Shown here in pieces: positions 37,021-51,100 of a stretch of 64,000 bases of DNA. How positions within the stretch are numbered: the stretch's first letter is position 1; the number at the start of each line of letters is the position of its first letter. The notes beneath the pieces were generated by a model, which saw nothing but the letters and a program-made list of their open reading frames with translations, was not told the origin of the DNA and made no database searches. The stretch is from Heterodontus francisci. Taxonomy: Eukaryota. The stretch covers positions 54,294,153 through 54,358,152 of the forward strand of contig NC_090390.1 in the NCBI RefSeq assembly GCF_036365525.1, in the 5' to 3' direction. Position numbers and translations under genes: made by a program.

Positions 37021-37787
37021 TGGATCTGTAAAATCACTTATTAGATTTATTCTTTTGAGAATCTTTCTTCATCTCTTAGACCTCTAAAACGAGAGATTTG
37101 CCCAGTGGTTTTTCTCTGCATCTCCCTTGTGCTTCAGAGACCTGAACTAGACAGAGTACATCAGTGTGACCTGGCCAGAGCAATATACATTTTTATTATG
37201 ACTTCCTCTGATTTCTACCAAACTGCTTTGGCTGTATATGGTTCAATATTATATTGGCTTTGTTTGGACATCTTGAACATAGATCTAAAAGTATTAGTAG
37301 AATCTCTTGATTTCATTCCCAGCTATTTTCACACCATTGATGGTAACAGGTTACTGAGTTGGATGATCAGCCATGACCGTAATGAATGGCAGAGCAGGCT
37401 CGAAGGGCTGAATGACCTACTCCTGCTCCTATTTTCTATGTTTCTATGAATAAGTCACCCACTTCCTATATGCAACACCTGTCCACCTGAAGATTTGTGC
37501 CAATTTTCTGGTTACTCATTTTTTTTCGGTTCCCTGTTTTTTGTAATTTTTATGCTTCATCCTTCAATTTCCCTCTGAACTTGATATCATCTGCAAATTG
37601 AACCAGTTTTCATTGATGTGAAAGTGGTTGAGGGATTCATCTTGTCGTAGAATCACAATCTTGTAGCACAGGAGGAGACCATTTGGCCCATTATGCCTGT
37701 GCTGGTGAATTAGTTTTTCCAATTGACATAAAGTGGACTTCAAATATTTAACAAATGTCATAGCTTTGATCAAACTCACCTTTTCAG

Positions 37788-38012
37788 GAGTTTATGTCTG
37801 GGATGTTGAAGGCAGGCGGTACTTTGACTTCTTGAGTGCTTACAGTGCTGTAAATCAAGGCCATTGTCACCCAAAGATTATTGGAGCACTTAAATCTCAA
37901 GCTGATAAATTGACTCTCACTTCACGAGCTTTCTACAATAATGTACTGGGAGAGTATGAAGAATATGTGACGAAGCTGTTCAATTACAAGAAGTTGCTGC
38001 CAATGAATACAG
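37788..38012 (+). CDS. OAT: OAT coding exon 2 ([29 protein letters not shown]...LPMNTG)
   Basis: ttttcag acceptor, G|GTTAGT donor, 225 nt, class-III aminotransferase motif [13 protein letters not shown]. Confidence 0.98.
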
Positions 38013-39803
38013 GTTAGTAAACAACAGTGATTGTGAACATTCTGTATTTAAAAGAAGCTCTGTAACTATGAAAATGTGGATTTTTCAATTATTTTAATCG
38101 TTGTTTCTTATTGGTATGGTATCTATAAGGCACAAGCTCATTTTGTCCATTATCTCTGAAACAGAGCTATGAAAATTTCCACAAGAACCTGCATAGGGGT
38201 TACCTGTGGATAATTGCAAGGACATGCTTGTTCTCTGGCATCTCATTATGTATAAAATATTTGAGTTGAGTTATGCTATTTTATGATGCATCTGTTGGTG
38301 TTCTGCATGTATTTATAGATTTTAATTGCTCATGCTGTGCTAAATGTGATAATTTGAGTGTTTTTAAAATCAGATGAAAGATTTTAAGGACATTTTATTT
38401 GAGAAGCTCACAGTTGACCGCTATTCAATACCATTACTTGGTGCTCTGCAGAACACGACCTTAAATACTAATGGTCTTTGGAAATCATCTCATCTAAGAT
38501 CTGGCCCTCTACTTAAATTCTAACTGCTATATTTAAACAATTACCTGAAAAAAGTGGAGAGGTTACCTGCTAATCTTCTGGGGTTATGTACCCAAGAGCA
38601 TCCCAGGTTCTCTTTGCCTTCAGTTTTTGATTTGGCTGATGCTGTGCATCTAGTCAGTTGTCTAACTAGGATGGCAAGTCAGGACATTGTGCAGAGAACG
38701 TTTGATTTAAATCTATCTTGCTGTTGCAACATTTGTCTGACCTGTTGTAAGGTAGGGAATGTTAAAAATGCAAAATTGTTCAAATATGCAGTTTTTAACT
38801 GGAGTATGGTTAAAATAAACTCAATGAAACAGTCGGTTCAGAATCCTTTTTTTCAATGTAAGTGAGTCATGCCCACTAATTCAGTTCACTCAAAGGGTTT
38901 GAGGTGTGACCTATTGTTTGTAAATTCATATTGATTACTGCTTTGGTCATCTGTTCTTCAGATGAGTAAAATATTTGATATTTCTCATCAACCTTTTATA
39001 TTGGGTTTCTAATAGGTTTGTAATAGTTTTCTCCTTTTTAAACATTATCACTGATTCTATGTTCACTACCCTGTAGTATTCAGAATTCTTGGTTTGTGTT
39101 TACGGAGCTTTTCATCCCATCTAGTCTAAGTTCCTTGTGTGCACTTGATTTGTGCATTTTAGAGAATATACTGAACTCCACTTTAGGGATCTGTAACAGA
39201 AGTAATGAGAATCAAAATTTAGTCCAGTCTAAGTTTGAACCCTCTATACAAACATATGAAAATAATGGGCCAACAGGTCTTTTCCTGTCCATCAAGCCTG
39301 CACATACCTATGATGCCTGGAGCATTACAACTACACCCTTCTTACACACCTTTTCTCTCTTTCTCTTTCCCACCCCCCCCCCCCCCCCCCCCGGCAGACA
39401 TGTAACTTCCTGTGAGGTGGGAAATAAAATATGGAAAATCCCCCTCTGATCCCCTCTTGTAATCAAAACCAGTCTAGGAGACCACTTTGAGCATGTGTAT
39501 GTTAATTGTAAATTCACTTGCATTTGTATAAGATGTGATCTCTGCCCATCCAAGGGCCCAGTTCCCTCATAAAGGCTTGCAGAGATTCAGTAGGCAATGC
39601 ATTCTGGAGGCTCGCTACTCTTTGGGCAAAGAGGAAACACGTCACACTTGGCCTATTCCTTCTGTGTAGTTAAAATGTATGTCCTTTGGTTCTCTCCAAT
39701 CTATCAAACAGAAATAATCTGTAGGCATGCAGCCTGCAGAGGTATTAGAGATGTATTTGCAAGGTGACCGAGGCTGGCAACTGAATATTCTGGAGTATTT
39801 GAC

Positions 39804-40577
39804 TGTCTGGCAAACCCCCCACCTGCCAAGACTGAGGCACACGTTATTTCACCATATGAACATTAAAACTTAAAATTGCAAGCCCTGACTGGAGGGATAT
39901 TTGCATTGTCCCAGACAATGTTCAAACAATGGCAAAGCAGCTGTCCATATAAAAGAGCAAGTCACATGACTGACCTGCTGGTCAACCTGGGAGTTGTTTT
40001 TAAATTTGAACTCCCAACAAAGGGATTTGAACAGACAAAGCTGTGTGCTCGTGGAGTAAAGATCTCTCCTGGAACTGAAGCAAGAATTATAGCCTCTCCT
40101 GTCTGCCTGCCTTCATCTCTTCCCATGGAACTGTATCTTGTGAAAACACATGAAACTCAGAGAAAGGTTTCCTACGTAAACAAGTTTTTAAGACAACGAC
40201 TGGGCCCCAACGAAACGCAAGACCATATCTTCAATCAAGGACTACAGTGAGCTCGAGAAACAGTAACAAAGTATTGCCTCAAACTGTTCTACTTCTCTTT
40301 TCTGTCCCTATCTGCATGTTTATATTGTGTGTACATGCTAGTGTGGGTGCATCATATCAGTAGGCGTGAACCTTATTAGAGTTTAAGGTTTAATAAATTT
40401 CATCTTTCTGTTTTAAACCAAAGAAAGCCTGTTTGTGCTCATCTTTGTCTTATTATTGGAATTGAACAAGGATTCACAAATGGGAGCTCAAAACACTGTT
40501 TAAAATTAAACCCTGTTAGAATAAAACCAGGTAAAGATAGTAACAGACCCGTAGACATTGCTCACCTGGTTGTAACC
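39804..40577 (+). mobile_element. Solo LTR, TSD TTGAC, sense in OAT intron
   Basis: tgtctggc...ttgtaacc termini. ttgac on both sides. AATAAA 40392-40397. Confidence 0.85.
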
Positions 40578-42857
40578 TTGACGCTTCAGAAGGAAAGGAA
40601 ATGGAGGTGGTGTCGCTCTGTTAATAAAGGATTAGTACAGTAGTGAGAAATGATCTTGGCTCGGAACATCAAGATGTAGAATCTGTATGGGTGGAGATAA
40701 GAAATAGCAAAGGAAAGAAGTCACTGCTGGGAGTAGTTTATAGGCCCCCTAACAGCTACACTGTAGGACAGAGTATTAATGAAGAAATAAAGGTGGTTTG
40801 TAAGAAAGGGACTATAATGGTGGTTTAATCTTATTGCATGAATCAAATTGGCAAAGATAGCCTGGAGGATGAGTTCATAGTGTATTCGGTGCAGTTTTTT
40901 AAGAACAATACCTTCAGGAACCAACCAGGGAGCAGGCTATTTTAGACTTGATACTTTGTGATGAGACAGGATTGATTAATGGCCTTAGAGTAAAGGCAAA
41001 AATGATCATATCATAGAATTTCGCATTCAATTTGAGGGTGAGAAATTTGGGTCTGAAACTAGTGTCTTACCCTTATAATTGCCTTAATTTATGTTTATGA
41101 AGACGACATTGGGAAAATAAGTTAAAAGGTAAGACGGTAGAGAAGTACAGGCAGACATTTAAGGAGATATTTCATATCTCTCAACAAATATATTCCATTG
41201 AGAAAGAGACTCCCCAAGAAGGATGCCCCACCCGTTGCTAGCCAAGGAAGTTAAAGGTGGTATCAAATTTGAATGAAAAGGTGAACAATGCTGCGAAGAT
41301 TAATGGTATGCCAGGTGGTTGGTAAAAGTTTAGAAATCAGCCCAGGATGGCTTAAAAGGGAGAAATTGTTATGGGTAAACTAGCAAGAAATATTCAAGTA
41401 GAGCCTCTGCAAGAATATAAAAAGAAAGAGAGTAGCTAGAGTAAACATTGGTCTCTTAGAGGATGATACTGGGGAATTAATATTGGGAAACCAGGATATG
41501 GAATAGACTATGAACAAGTATTTTGTATCTGATTTCACATACAAAGCATCTCAAGAATAGTAGAAAATCACACGGCAAAGGGGAGGGAGGAACTTAAAAC
41601 AATTGCTGTTACTGGAGAAAGTGAGTGGGATATTAATGGGACTAAAGGCTGACAAGTCCCCTGGACCCAGTGACCTACATCGTAAGGTCTTAAAAGAATT
41701 GGCTGCAGAGATAATGGATACTTTGCTTGTGATCTTCCAAAATTCCCTGGATTCTGGAAAGAATCCAGCAGATTGGAAAACTGCTAATGTAACACCTCTA
41801 ATCAAAAGAGGAGGGAGACAGAAAGCAGAAAACTATAGGCCGATTAGCCTAACATCTGTGATTTGGAAAATGCTGGAATCCGTTATTAAGGAAATTGTAG
41901 CAGGATGTTATTTTCTAAATCGAGCAGAGTCAGCATAGCTTTCAGAAAGGGAAATAATGTTTGACAAATTTATTAGACTTCTTTGAGGATGTAACAAGCA
42001 GGGTGGATAAAGGGGAACCAGTAAATGTGTGGATTTCCAAAAGGCATTCGATAAAGTGCCACATAAAAGCTCGCTATGTCAGATAAGAGCTCATGGTGTT
42101 GGGGGTAGTATATTAGCAGGAAGAGAGAATTGGCTAACAGGAAACCAAGTCGGGATAAATGGAGAATTTTCAAGTTGGCAAACTAATTATTGGAATGCCA
42201 CAGGGATCACTGGGGCCTTGTTATGGACAGGTAGGAAATGATAGGGGTGGTTTCCTTTTTCACCTCTCAACTGACTGCAGACTGTTTTTATTAGAGATGT
42301 ATTTTAACCCTTGATCATTTTAATTGTCAATAAACAGACAAATTACAAGTTATCTTGTAGGTTTAAAGAAAGATAAATGTTTAACAATCCAAAAATCAGC
42401 AACATCATGTGCACACATGAGAAAAGATAGAAATGAAAAGATAGCAAGCATTTAGGTCTTTTTTTAAAGATTTCTTTGTGAAACCTGGTTTGTTTCCCGG
42501 GAGTAAAATTTAAATGGTGCAGGCCTGTTTTGTCTTGCTCACTGGAGTCGAGCTTTGGAGAGTTTCCGGTGGACAGATGCTCTGCTGCAGACTTCTTTGG
42601 TTAACTCTCAGTTACAGGCCAATAGTGAAGGTCCTGTTTCAATATCTCAGATGTGGAGTTTTCAAAGGTCACCTTTATGTCTCTGCCTCAAGGTAGTTTT
42701 TAAAGATAGTATTCAGCAGAGTGGTCTTGGCTGCAATAATTCTCTCAGCTTCCTGGCTGCTGGCATTCTGCACAGAACTTTTTTTCTTTAAAAGAAGGAA
42801 CTTTACTGGGTTGATTACTGTTGGGTGACCAAAAGTTGCTGTCCCCTGATTTCATAC

Positions 42858-44073
42858 TGTTCTGACCAGGTGTGAAAGGGGTCTAGGGGGTTGCCTCTCA
42901 GCCTTTGCCTGGTTTGGCTGTAATAGGGTTTAACTTTTAAAACACTGTTTTAAGCTTCCACTCTGAACCCTTGTTCACCACTCTCTAATTGTAATGGCAA
43001 AGAAATCAACCCGACAGGTTTTCTTGGATTTAAACGAGAAAGGTGTAAGTTTATTAACCTTAAAACACTCTAATTCAGCTAAAACTCCTAGAAATATGTG
43101 ACGCGACCACACTAGCATGCATATGCGATAAGCACACATGCAAATAGAGACAGAGGAGGAGAGAGGTTTAAAGTAATAGCTGGAGTTCAGTTACTAGCTT
43201 TTGAGTTTGATGTAAAGTCTTGGATTGCAGTTGTCTTGCAGTTCTCATTGGGGCCCAGTGCACACTTTCAAACTTGTTTAGCTGCAGCAGTCTTTTTTCT
43301 TGAGGTTTGAGTGGCTTCAGTGGATCCCCTGGAACTTCGTGAGAGAGGGAGAGCAGTCTCTCCTCTCTCTGTTTTCAAATTGCAGTCTCTCTTCCAACTA
43401 GGGCGGCACAGTGGCGCAGCGGTTAGCACCGCAGCCTCACCGCTCAAGGGACCCGGGTTCGATTCTGGGTACTGCCTGTGCGGAGATTGCAAGTTCTCCC
43501 TGTGTCTGCGTGGGTTTTCGCCGGGTGCTCCTGTTTCCTCCCAGATCCAAAGACTTGCACGTGGTAGGTAAATTGGCCGTTGTAAATTGCCCCTAGTGTA
43601 GGGAGGTGATGGGGAATATAGGATTACTGTAGGGTTAGTATAAATGGGTGGTTGTTGGTCGGCACAGACTCGGTGGGCCGAAGGGCCTGTTTCGGTGCTG
43701 GATCTCTAAATAAAATATTCCATGAGCACAATTCAAAACTCCAAGTTGGCCAGCAGGTTAGTCATGTGACTAACCCCTTATTTGGAACAGCTCCTGCAGT
43801 CTGTGGATTTGAAAGCTCTCGGTGGGGGTTGTAGTGCTGTCTCTTACACAGACAGGATGTGGATCACGGTTGCCCAGACCAATCTTTAATTGAATCAGTG
43901 AGCAGTTGCCATTGGCTTTTTTTTTAAACTGTCTTTTAGAATGCAAAATGAGCTTTCATGTTTTCAGCCACAGCCCTTTTAAACCAAGCTAGTTTTTTCA
44001 GTCCAGTAACAGTTTAAAATTAATGTTCATATGAAATTAATGTCTCATTTTGGCAGGTGTGGTTTTCATGACA
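42858..44073 (-). mobile_element. Solo LTR, 4-bp TSD ATAC, carrying a SINE
   Basis: tgttctga...tcatgaca termini. atac at 42854-42857 and 44074-44077. Confidence 0.88.
43401..43716 (+). mobile_element. Full-length HE1-like V-SINE
   Basis: Same structure as 33318. Confidence 0.92.
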
Positions 44074-44555
44074 ATACCATGTCTCTGAATGCGTGGCCAT
44101 TGTTAGACAATGGTGTTTGAATGTTAGTCTTCTTGATAAAGTGGTGGTTGGCCATACCTATTATCCAGAGTGAGTCTAGAGCCTCCAGGTCTGCAAAGGT
44201 CATTTTTAGTCCAACTGGTTGAAAAAGGTGCCCATTAACATTGAATGGGGCCATTAGCACTTGTGGGGGAATCCTGAACTAGGGGGCATAGTTTTTAAGA
44301 CTGAGATGAGGAATTTCTTCTCAGATGGTCAGTAATCTTTGTTCTTTGGGGAAGAGAATTCCAATGGAGACTGGGTCGTCGAATATATTCAAGGCTGAGC
44401 TAGACTGATTTTTGATCTACAGCAGAGTCGAGGGTTATGGGGGTCAGCAGGAAAGTGGAGTTAAGGCCCCAATCAGATCAGCTACGATCTTGTGTATTGT
44501 TGGAGCAGGCTCAAGGGGCTGAATGACCTACTCCCGTCTTATCTTGTGATCCAGC

Positions 44556-45379
44556 TGTTGACCAGGGGCTGCAAGAAATACAGAATCAGTTACAAACTGC
44601 GGATTGTTTGACCTGTAGTAACCTGGAGTTCAGACACTGGCCTGTGCTGGTAAAAACCTGTTTGAACTAATTACTTTGAGACAAGTCAAAGGATCGATCA
44701 CCGGAAAAGGGCCTTATTTGGACACTGTGTGATACCGGGATGTTTGGGCCTGGGCCAATTAAGAGAAGATGTGAACGAGGTGAGCAGGCTTCAGCCGACC
44801 GGAAACACACCGCTCCGATTTGAAGAGATGAGCAACAGAATAAGAGAGCTTTTTGGGCATCGAGCCAGCGAAAACTCCGGAGATCAACCATCATGGAAGT
44901 GGAAGACCCTGCGTGAGCAACGCGGCGACGACGTAGAAGAGAGAGAGAACGGAATGCCTGGTCAGCGTTAACTCTCCCTTTTTCGGGTATTATCCTTAAG
45001 TTTTCTGTGACTCAGTCAGGGAAAGGTCAGAGGAACCTAGTGGCTGCTTATGAATTCTAGCTAGTTTTGTTATTAACTGTATAACTCAGTTGGAGTTGCA
45101 TGCTTTTGTCTAATTATATAAGCCTTATTCTTACATTGTACAACAACGTGAATAAAGTAAATTGATAGTTAAAGAAAGGACTTAGTTCCTCCTCTTTGTA
45201 CTAAGCCATTAACTGTAGCTGTGGATTAAGCTGGAGGGTGGCTCTCCAGTAACCTGATATCCCAAACACTCAGCCTGAGCCTGAATTAAGAGGACTTCAG
45301 TCCCACGTGACGGCCAGGATCAAGTGGGTGCAGGGAATAAAGGGGACAAGGGGGAGTTGACTCCGCACCACGGTTTACA
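44556..45379 (+). mobile_element. Young solo LTR (third family), 4-bp TSD CAGC
   Basis: tgttga...tttaca termini, cagc on both sides, AATAAA 45151-45156, CpGs retained. Confidence 0.85.
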
Positions 45380-45389
45380 CAGCCCTTTC

Positions 45390-47540
45390 ATTGTTTACTT
45401 CTATCAAGTCTGTGGTGCTTTAAAGTTATTAGGCACAGCTCTTTAAGCTGATCTGAGTGATTAAGATTCTTTTATGGGTCATTCTTGTAGCTCTCCTCTG
45501 AACCTTTTCTAAGGCCATAATATCACTCCCTATGTGAGGGGTCTAAACTGGTCACAGTTCTGCAAATGTGGTTTAACCGACAACTGTTACAATGACAGAG
45601 TGATATCCCTGATTTGTACTGAGTGGTTCCATTAATACAACTTTATCCTATTTGCTTTGACTGCAATTTTTCTGCATTGGTAGTGAACCTTGACCAATCC
45701 GAACAAGACCACTGAGATTTTTTTCTCCGCTACTTTCAGTATCATTTCCTGTAAGTAAGTATATTCTGTGTTGATCCTACCCATATGCACCACATGACGT
45801 TTAACAAAGATAAATGCAATTTGCCATTGTTTAGCCCATTCCCCAGTGCATGTAAATCTTTTTGCAGCTGATTACTCCTGTATAGCCTTGACAGTTTAAC
45901 AAATTTTAGTTTTGTCCGCAAACTTACTGATCATACCCCAGTCACTACTGTCAGGTCATTAATAAAAAGTGTGGCCCTGACAGCAATCCCTGGGGAACAC
46001 CACTCTTAACCAGCCTGCAGGTTTATCTACAACCTTTGACTACAATTTTCTTTTTGCCTGTGGGATTGGAGCTATTTCCTTATCCAGGTATCAAATTTCC
46101 ACTGATGCCATACAATTCCACTTGGTGAAGTAATTTATTGAAGGCTTTCTTGAAAATCCAGTAGACAATGTCAATTGGATAAACTAATCTAGTTAGTTCT
46201 TCAAAAAAAAAACTCATCGAGTTTGCAAGGTACAACCAACCTTCTTTTCTGTAAGACGTGTTGAGTATCTGCAATGGCCCCTTCTTTATTGCGTGATTTA
46301 CAAAGGGCATCCCTAATGATAAGCATCTTTGCTATGATGGATGTCATGTTGATGGATTTGCACTTCCCCAGCTCTGCTATGTCCTTTTATTTGTTTGAAA
46401 ATTGGAACTGCATGAGTTACCTAAGGCAATTATCCCTGATTCTTAGTGAAGAAAAGGGCAAGAGGGTCATGTATTTCTTTGTGTAATCTTAAGCAACACA
46501 ATGAGGTATGTGGATTCCAGTTTCGTGAAGATCTCTAGAAGGTTTATTAACAGCTAAAACTAATACAATACAGAATCTGCATCCAGGGCATTGCAGTGCA
46601 GAGTGCTTATGGCTTAGTCACAAGAGTACATCCTGGTACTTGGCTTATTAGCATAGCATACTGAGTTCTTAAAGGGACATCACTCCGACAGCGAATATAC
46701 AACAGTTCACAGCACCTGTCCCATCTCTTTAACCACACTGGGTGGATGCCATTTGGGTCTGGAGCTCAATGTCTCTTTTCATATTTCCTATCCAAGATGA
46801 CATTTCTTATCTATTATATGTAATGCAATGCATCCTACAGTTGAAACATGAACGCTATCCACGTGATAGACTGGTGTAAATAGTCATTTAACAGCTCTGT
46901 TATAAATCCAGGAATTTGCCCTAAATTGTCTTTCAATGGCCCCTTGTGAATTCTAACAGTCTAATGACTCCAGATGTAGCTGAAAAAGCTTTTGCTATTA
47001 CGATAATTCTTTTCCAGTTTGCGTTCTCCCAGTTGTCTTAAAGTTAAATTCCCTACATTTGTAAAATATTTTCGGCTTCAGTCTAATTTGACTCTGCAAG
47101 TTTCCAGTTACCAATAATCTTGCTTTGACATGTTCTTTTGAAACATTAGTTTGGCTTTCACTGCTATATACAGTTTTTAATGCACATCCCACTACTGAAA
47201 TTATTAATTGGCCTTTGCACGATTCTCCCTTCTTGCAACTGCTTGTACCTTTTGCTGTTGGTTTTCAACCACCTTTAAGTTTTGCTGATATTTCTCCATA
47301 AATGTGCTTGCATTCCACATTTTTAAAGTTGTCTAACATTAAATGGACAAACGCTCCATGTTTGTTCTTCCATGGAGCTCTTGTTCTAAAATTTGTTTCT
47401 GAAGTCTTGCTCATCTATATTGCTTTGTGGCTTAGTTTTTATTTGCCTTCAGATTGTTGACCGGTCTAATCTTGACCTGACTAGTTTTAAGTTTTCAGCT
47501 TATTTAATGAAACAGTGTAAAGTAATTACTCAAATATTGG
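45390..47540 (-). mobile_element. Old CR1 LINE, with a possible short LTR at ~46482-46704
   Basis: DIVYWIFKKAFNKL and GVPQG remnants. Confidence 0.65.
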
Positions 47541-47547
47541 GAGTAAC

Positions 47548-48132
47548 TTTTTTAAATTCATCCATGGGACGTGGGCGTCACTGGCTAGGACAGCATTTAT
47601 TGCCCATCCCTAATTGCCCTTGAAGTTGGGGGTGAGCTGCCTTTTGAACTGCTGCAGTCCATGTGGGGTAGGTGCTAACTGTGCTGTTAGGAAGAGAGTT
47701 CCAGGATTTTGACCTAGCGACCGTGAAGGAATGGTGATTTTATAGTTCCAAGTCAGGATGGTGTATAGCTTGGATGTGGTGGTCGTCCTGTGCAGCTACT
47801 GCCCTTGTCCTTCTAGGTAGCGGTCACGGGTTTGGAAGGTGCTGTGGAAGGAACCTTGGTGAGTTGCTGCAGTGCATCTTGTAGATGATACACATTGCTG
47901 CCACTGTGGTGGAGGGAGTGAATGTTTATTGATGGGGTGCCAATCAAGCAGGCTGTTTTGTCCTAGTTGGTGTCGAGCTTCTTGAGTGTTGTTGAAGCTG
48001 CACCCATCCAGGCACGTGGAGAGTATTTCATCACACTCCTGACTTGTGCCCTGTCGATAGTGGATAGGCTTTGGGGAGTTACTCGTTGCAGGATTCCTAG
48101 CCTCTGACATGTTCTTGTAGCCACGATATTTA
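47548..48132 (-). mobile_element. Family-B LINE 3' fragment
   Basis: Shared tail and body. Confidence 0.87.
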
Positions 48133-48139
48133 GTGTATT

Positions 48140-51100
48140 TTATTATTAATCACTTAAGGCACTTGAATTGAATTTTGTCACAGCAGTGGTGACTGGCTGG
48201 GATGCAGGTGTGATGGATAGCGTTGGGATGGAAGTCTGACATTCTCACGCTGCTAAAGGATATTTCCCGAGACAGCTGCAGGAGATGCAATTTAAAGGCA
48301 ATTTCACAAAGTATTTACAATTTTGTGAGAACAGCGGAGCTTCAGAGGCGGAAACTCAGTGGAAGGTCCGTTTTGGCTGCAGTTAGCAGTGCCTCATTTC
48401 CTCTGGTTTTGAGACCTCCAGTGAGGAGAAGCATCAGAGAGGGAGAGAACTACAGCCATCAGGAGTGAGGCTGCAGCACCCAGAGGGGCATCAGAATCAT
48501 GAGACTGGAAGGGGGCACAGGGGCTCACAACCAGCCTCTTGTGTGCAGAAGATGTTGCCCACCAGAAAAGCTTCATGGTCAGAAGCTCTGCTTCTTGCGA
48601 ATGTCAAATTGGTGTTGCCAAAGACTCTGCATCACCATGGAGGTGGTATTGAGCTGTGTCATGATAGAGGAGGAGCTGAGTCAAATGGGAAGTGGCAGGC
48701 ACCCATGCGTGTGGTGGTGAAGGTCATAGTGGTGTTGAAGTGTTACACCTCTGGATCATTCTCGGAATCTCATGGAGACACCTGTGGGATTTTGCAGTTC
48801 ACGGCTTATCGGTGTGTCAAGATGGTCACAAATGCCAAGTTCGAGGGCTGGCCAATACGTGCACTTTTGCACTGATCCAGACAGGAAGGCTGAGGGCTAT
48901 AGGATTTGGGGTCATAGCTGAATTCCCCCAGGTGCAAGGTGTATCGACTGCACACATCAAGGCTCGCACAGACCAGGCAACAGCCTTCATCAACAGGAAT
49001 GGCTTCCACTCACTCACTGTGCAAGTGGTTTGCAACGATCACAAATGCTTCCTTCAAGCCTGTGCAAGGTTCCTAGGATGCAGTCATGACTCCTTCATTC
49101 TAAGGAGGTCCCAGGTGCCTGGGCTTTGCGAGCACTGCCCCTTCCCTGCCCCCCCACAAGGCGTGCCTTCAAGGATGGATATTGGGTGTCAAGTGCTAGT
49201 CCCTGAAGGCATTGCTCCCCATGATGCGGAACCCCAGCACAGATGCATAGGAGACATAGAACAGTTGCCACCTGACAAATCGCGACCATTGAGCAGGCCA
49301 TAGGGCTTCTGAAAATGCAGTTCAGATGCTTTGGATCTGGTGGATCCCTTCATTATGCCCATCAAAGGTCTCTTGTATGGTAGTGTGCTGTTTTCTGGGG
49401 AAGCATTGGCCAATCCTAGAGCACGATGTCTCCTCCAAGGATGAATATTTTGGAGGGGGCTGATGGTCACTAATTGACATTTCTCACGAGCATTCCTCAG
49501 ATGGTCATGTAAACAAATAAATCTGCTACCTTCTGTAGCCAAGTTGCCCTTTTCCTTGAATGCCCTTACCATCCCATGACATTAGGTTAGCCATAGATAA
49601 TGCATTGATCTAATGTGGTGTGGACCTTTCCATCACAGTCTTTATAAAAGCAACTGAACTGTTAATGGCCCAATAGTACAGAAATGCTTAAAGTATTCAT
49701 TTGCTTGCACATGTTGAATATAGATTCTACTCATACTTCTAGATCTCTCAATTTCATTCCAAGCTATTTTAACACCATTGATGGTTTTTGGTTACTGAGT
49801 TGGATGATCAGCCATGATCAAAATGAATGGCAGAGTAGGCTTGACGGGCCGAATGACCTACTCGTGCTCCTGTTTTCTATGTTTCTATTTTGTGGTGCAG
49901 CATTCATAAATCCTTCAACACCAAGGCGTCCCAGTACCTGTGCAAGAGCCACCTCTGTCTTCGCAGCTTCATGAGGTATTGGTGCCATTGTCAGAGGACT
50001 GGGGTCCACACCAGGAGTGTCTTGAGAGGAGCTCCCTGTTGCTTCAGGCAGCCGCTTCTCTACCCTTGCAGGGTTCACTTGTCCCTCCCTGAAATATGGA
50101 CGCCTGACTATGACTCCAGGCGTCTTGCCCAGCTATTCCTCCACAGAGCTCATGGCAGAGGTGATGGCATACAGATCCATGTGCATTACTGGCATCCACT
50201 GATATGCTGAATGTGGCTCTCCATGAGGGTCACCCTCAATGGTGTATGCCATGCATGTATGCACCAGAGACGTGGCTAGACTCATGACCTGGAGTAACTC
50301 CTCCATTATTCGTGCATAGATGCGCAAAGCCTCTGGAAGCACTGCCAGATGTTCACACACCTCATGCTGCAGCTGAGGATCACCATGCCCTCCCATTGTC
50401 CTGAGTGTCAATGACTGCAACGGTCACTTCCTACACCAGCTGCTTGGGTGAGACGTGCTGTTCTAATCAAATTGTGCTCCCAGTGCTGTTTGTGAACAAC
50501 TGCCCACTGATTGTGAGAGTATCTGTGCTGGTGGAGGAATGTAAGGCTGCATCTGTTGAGGTCTACTGCTCCATTAGAAAGTTGTCCTGTAGGCTTGGCA
50601 GCTGTCTCTTCAACTGACCTGAGAGTGTAATGATGGGAGGGCACTGCCCGTTCACAAGTCCTTCCGACTACTCATCCTCTGGTGCTCTGAGGTGACCATT
50701 GATGGCTTCATGAGTGCTATGCTTATTGGCCACGAGAGGGTGTATTTCCCTCAATCCATTCGGGCACTTGTCTGGCAGCTCTTCATCTGTCTCATCAGCG
50801 ACAGGCTGCCCTGCCTCCAGACCTCCTAGCTCCATGATCTCCTCTTCCATTGGCATCTGGACTGGACTGCCAGATATAGCATGCTGCCTCTTGTCCTCTT
50901 CCTCTCGAATTGTGAGCTTGTTTCTCCTGCAAGCACATAAATTAACATTGTTACTTGTTCATACGCTCACACCATGCCTTCTGTTGATGACCACATCATT
51001 GTCCATTTATGCCACAGGGATGCCTGCTGCACATAGCATTTCAGTTCAGGCAGTGCAAAAGTCAACTCTGATCAGTGTCCTCGACAGATGCAAATATACA

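Larger units (their letters stand above)
42219..44240 (-). mobile_element. LTR of a related family, interrupted by the 42858 LTR
   Basis: tgttatggacaggt start. Right boundary approximate. Confidence 0.55.
40585..44550 (+). mobile_element. CR1 LINE (EN-RT 40585-42218, 3' end ~44260-44550) hosting nested LTRs
   Basis: GVVYRPP, KSPGP, NYRPISLTS, DFQKAFDKVPH motifs. Confidence 0.85.
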
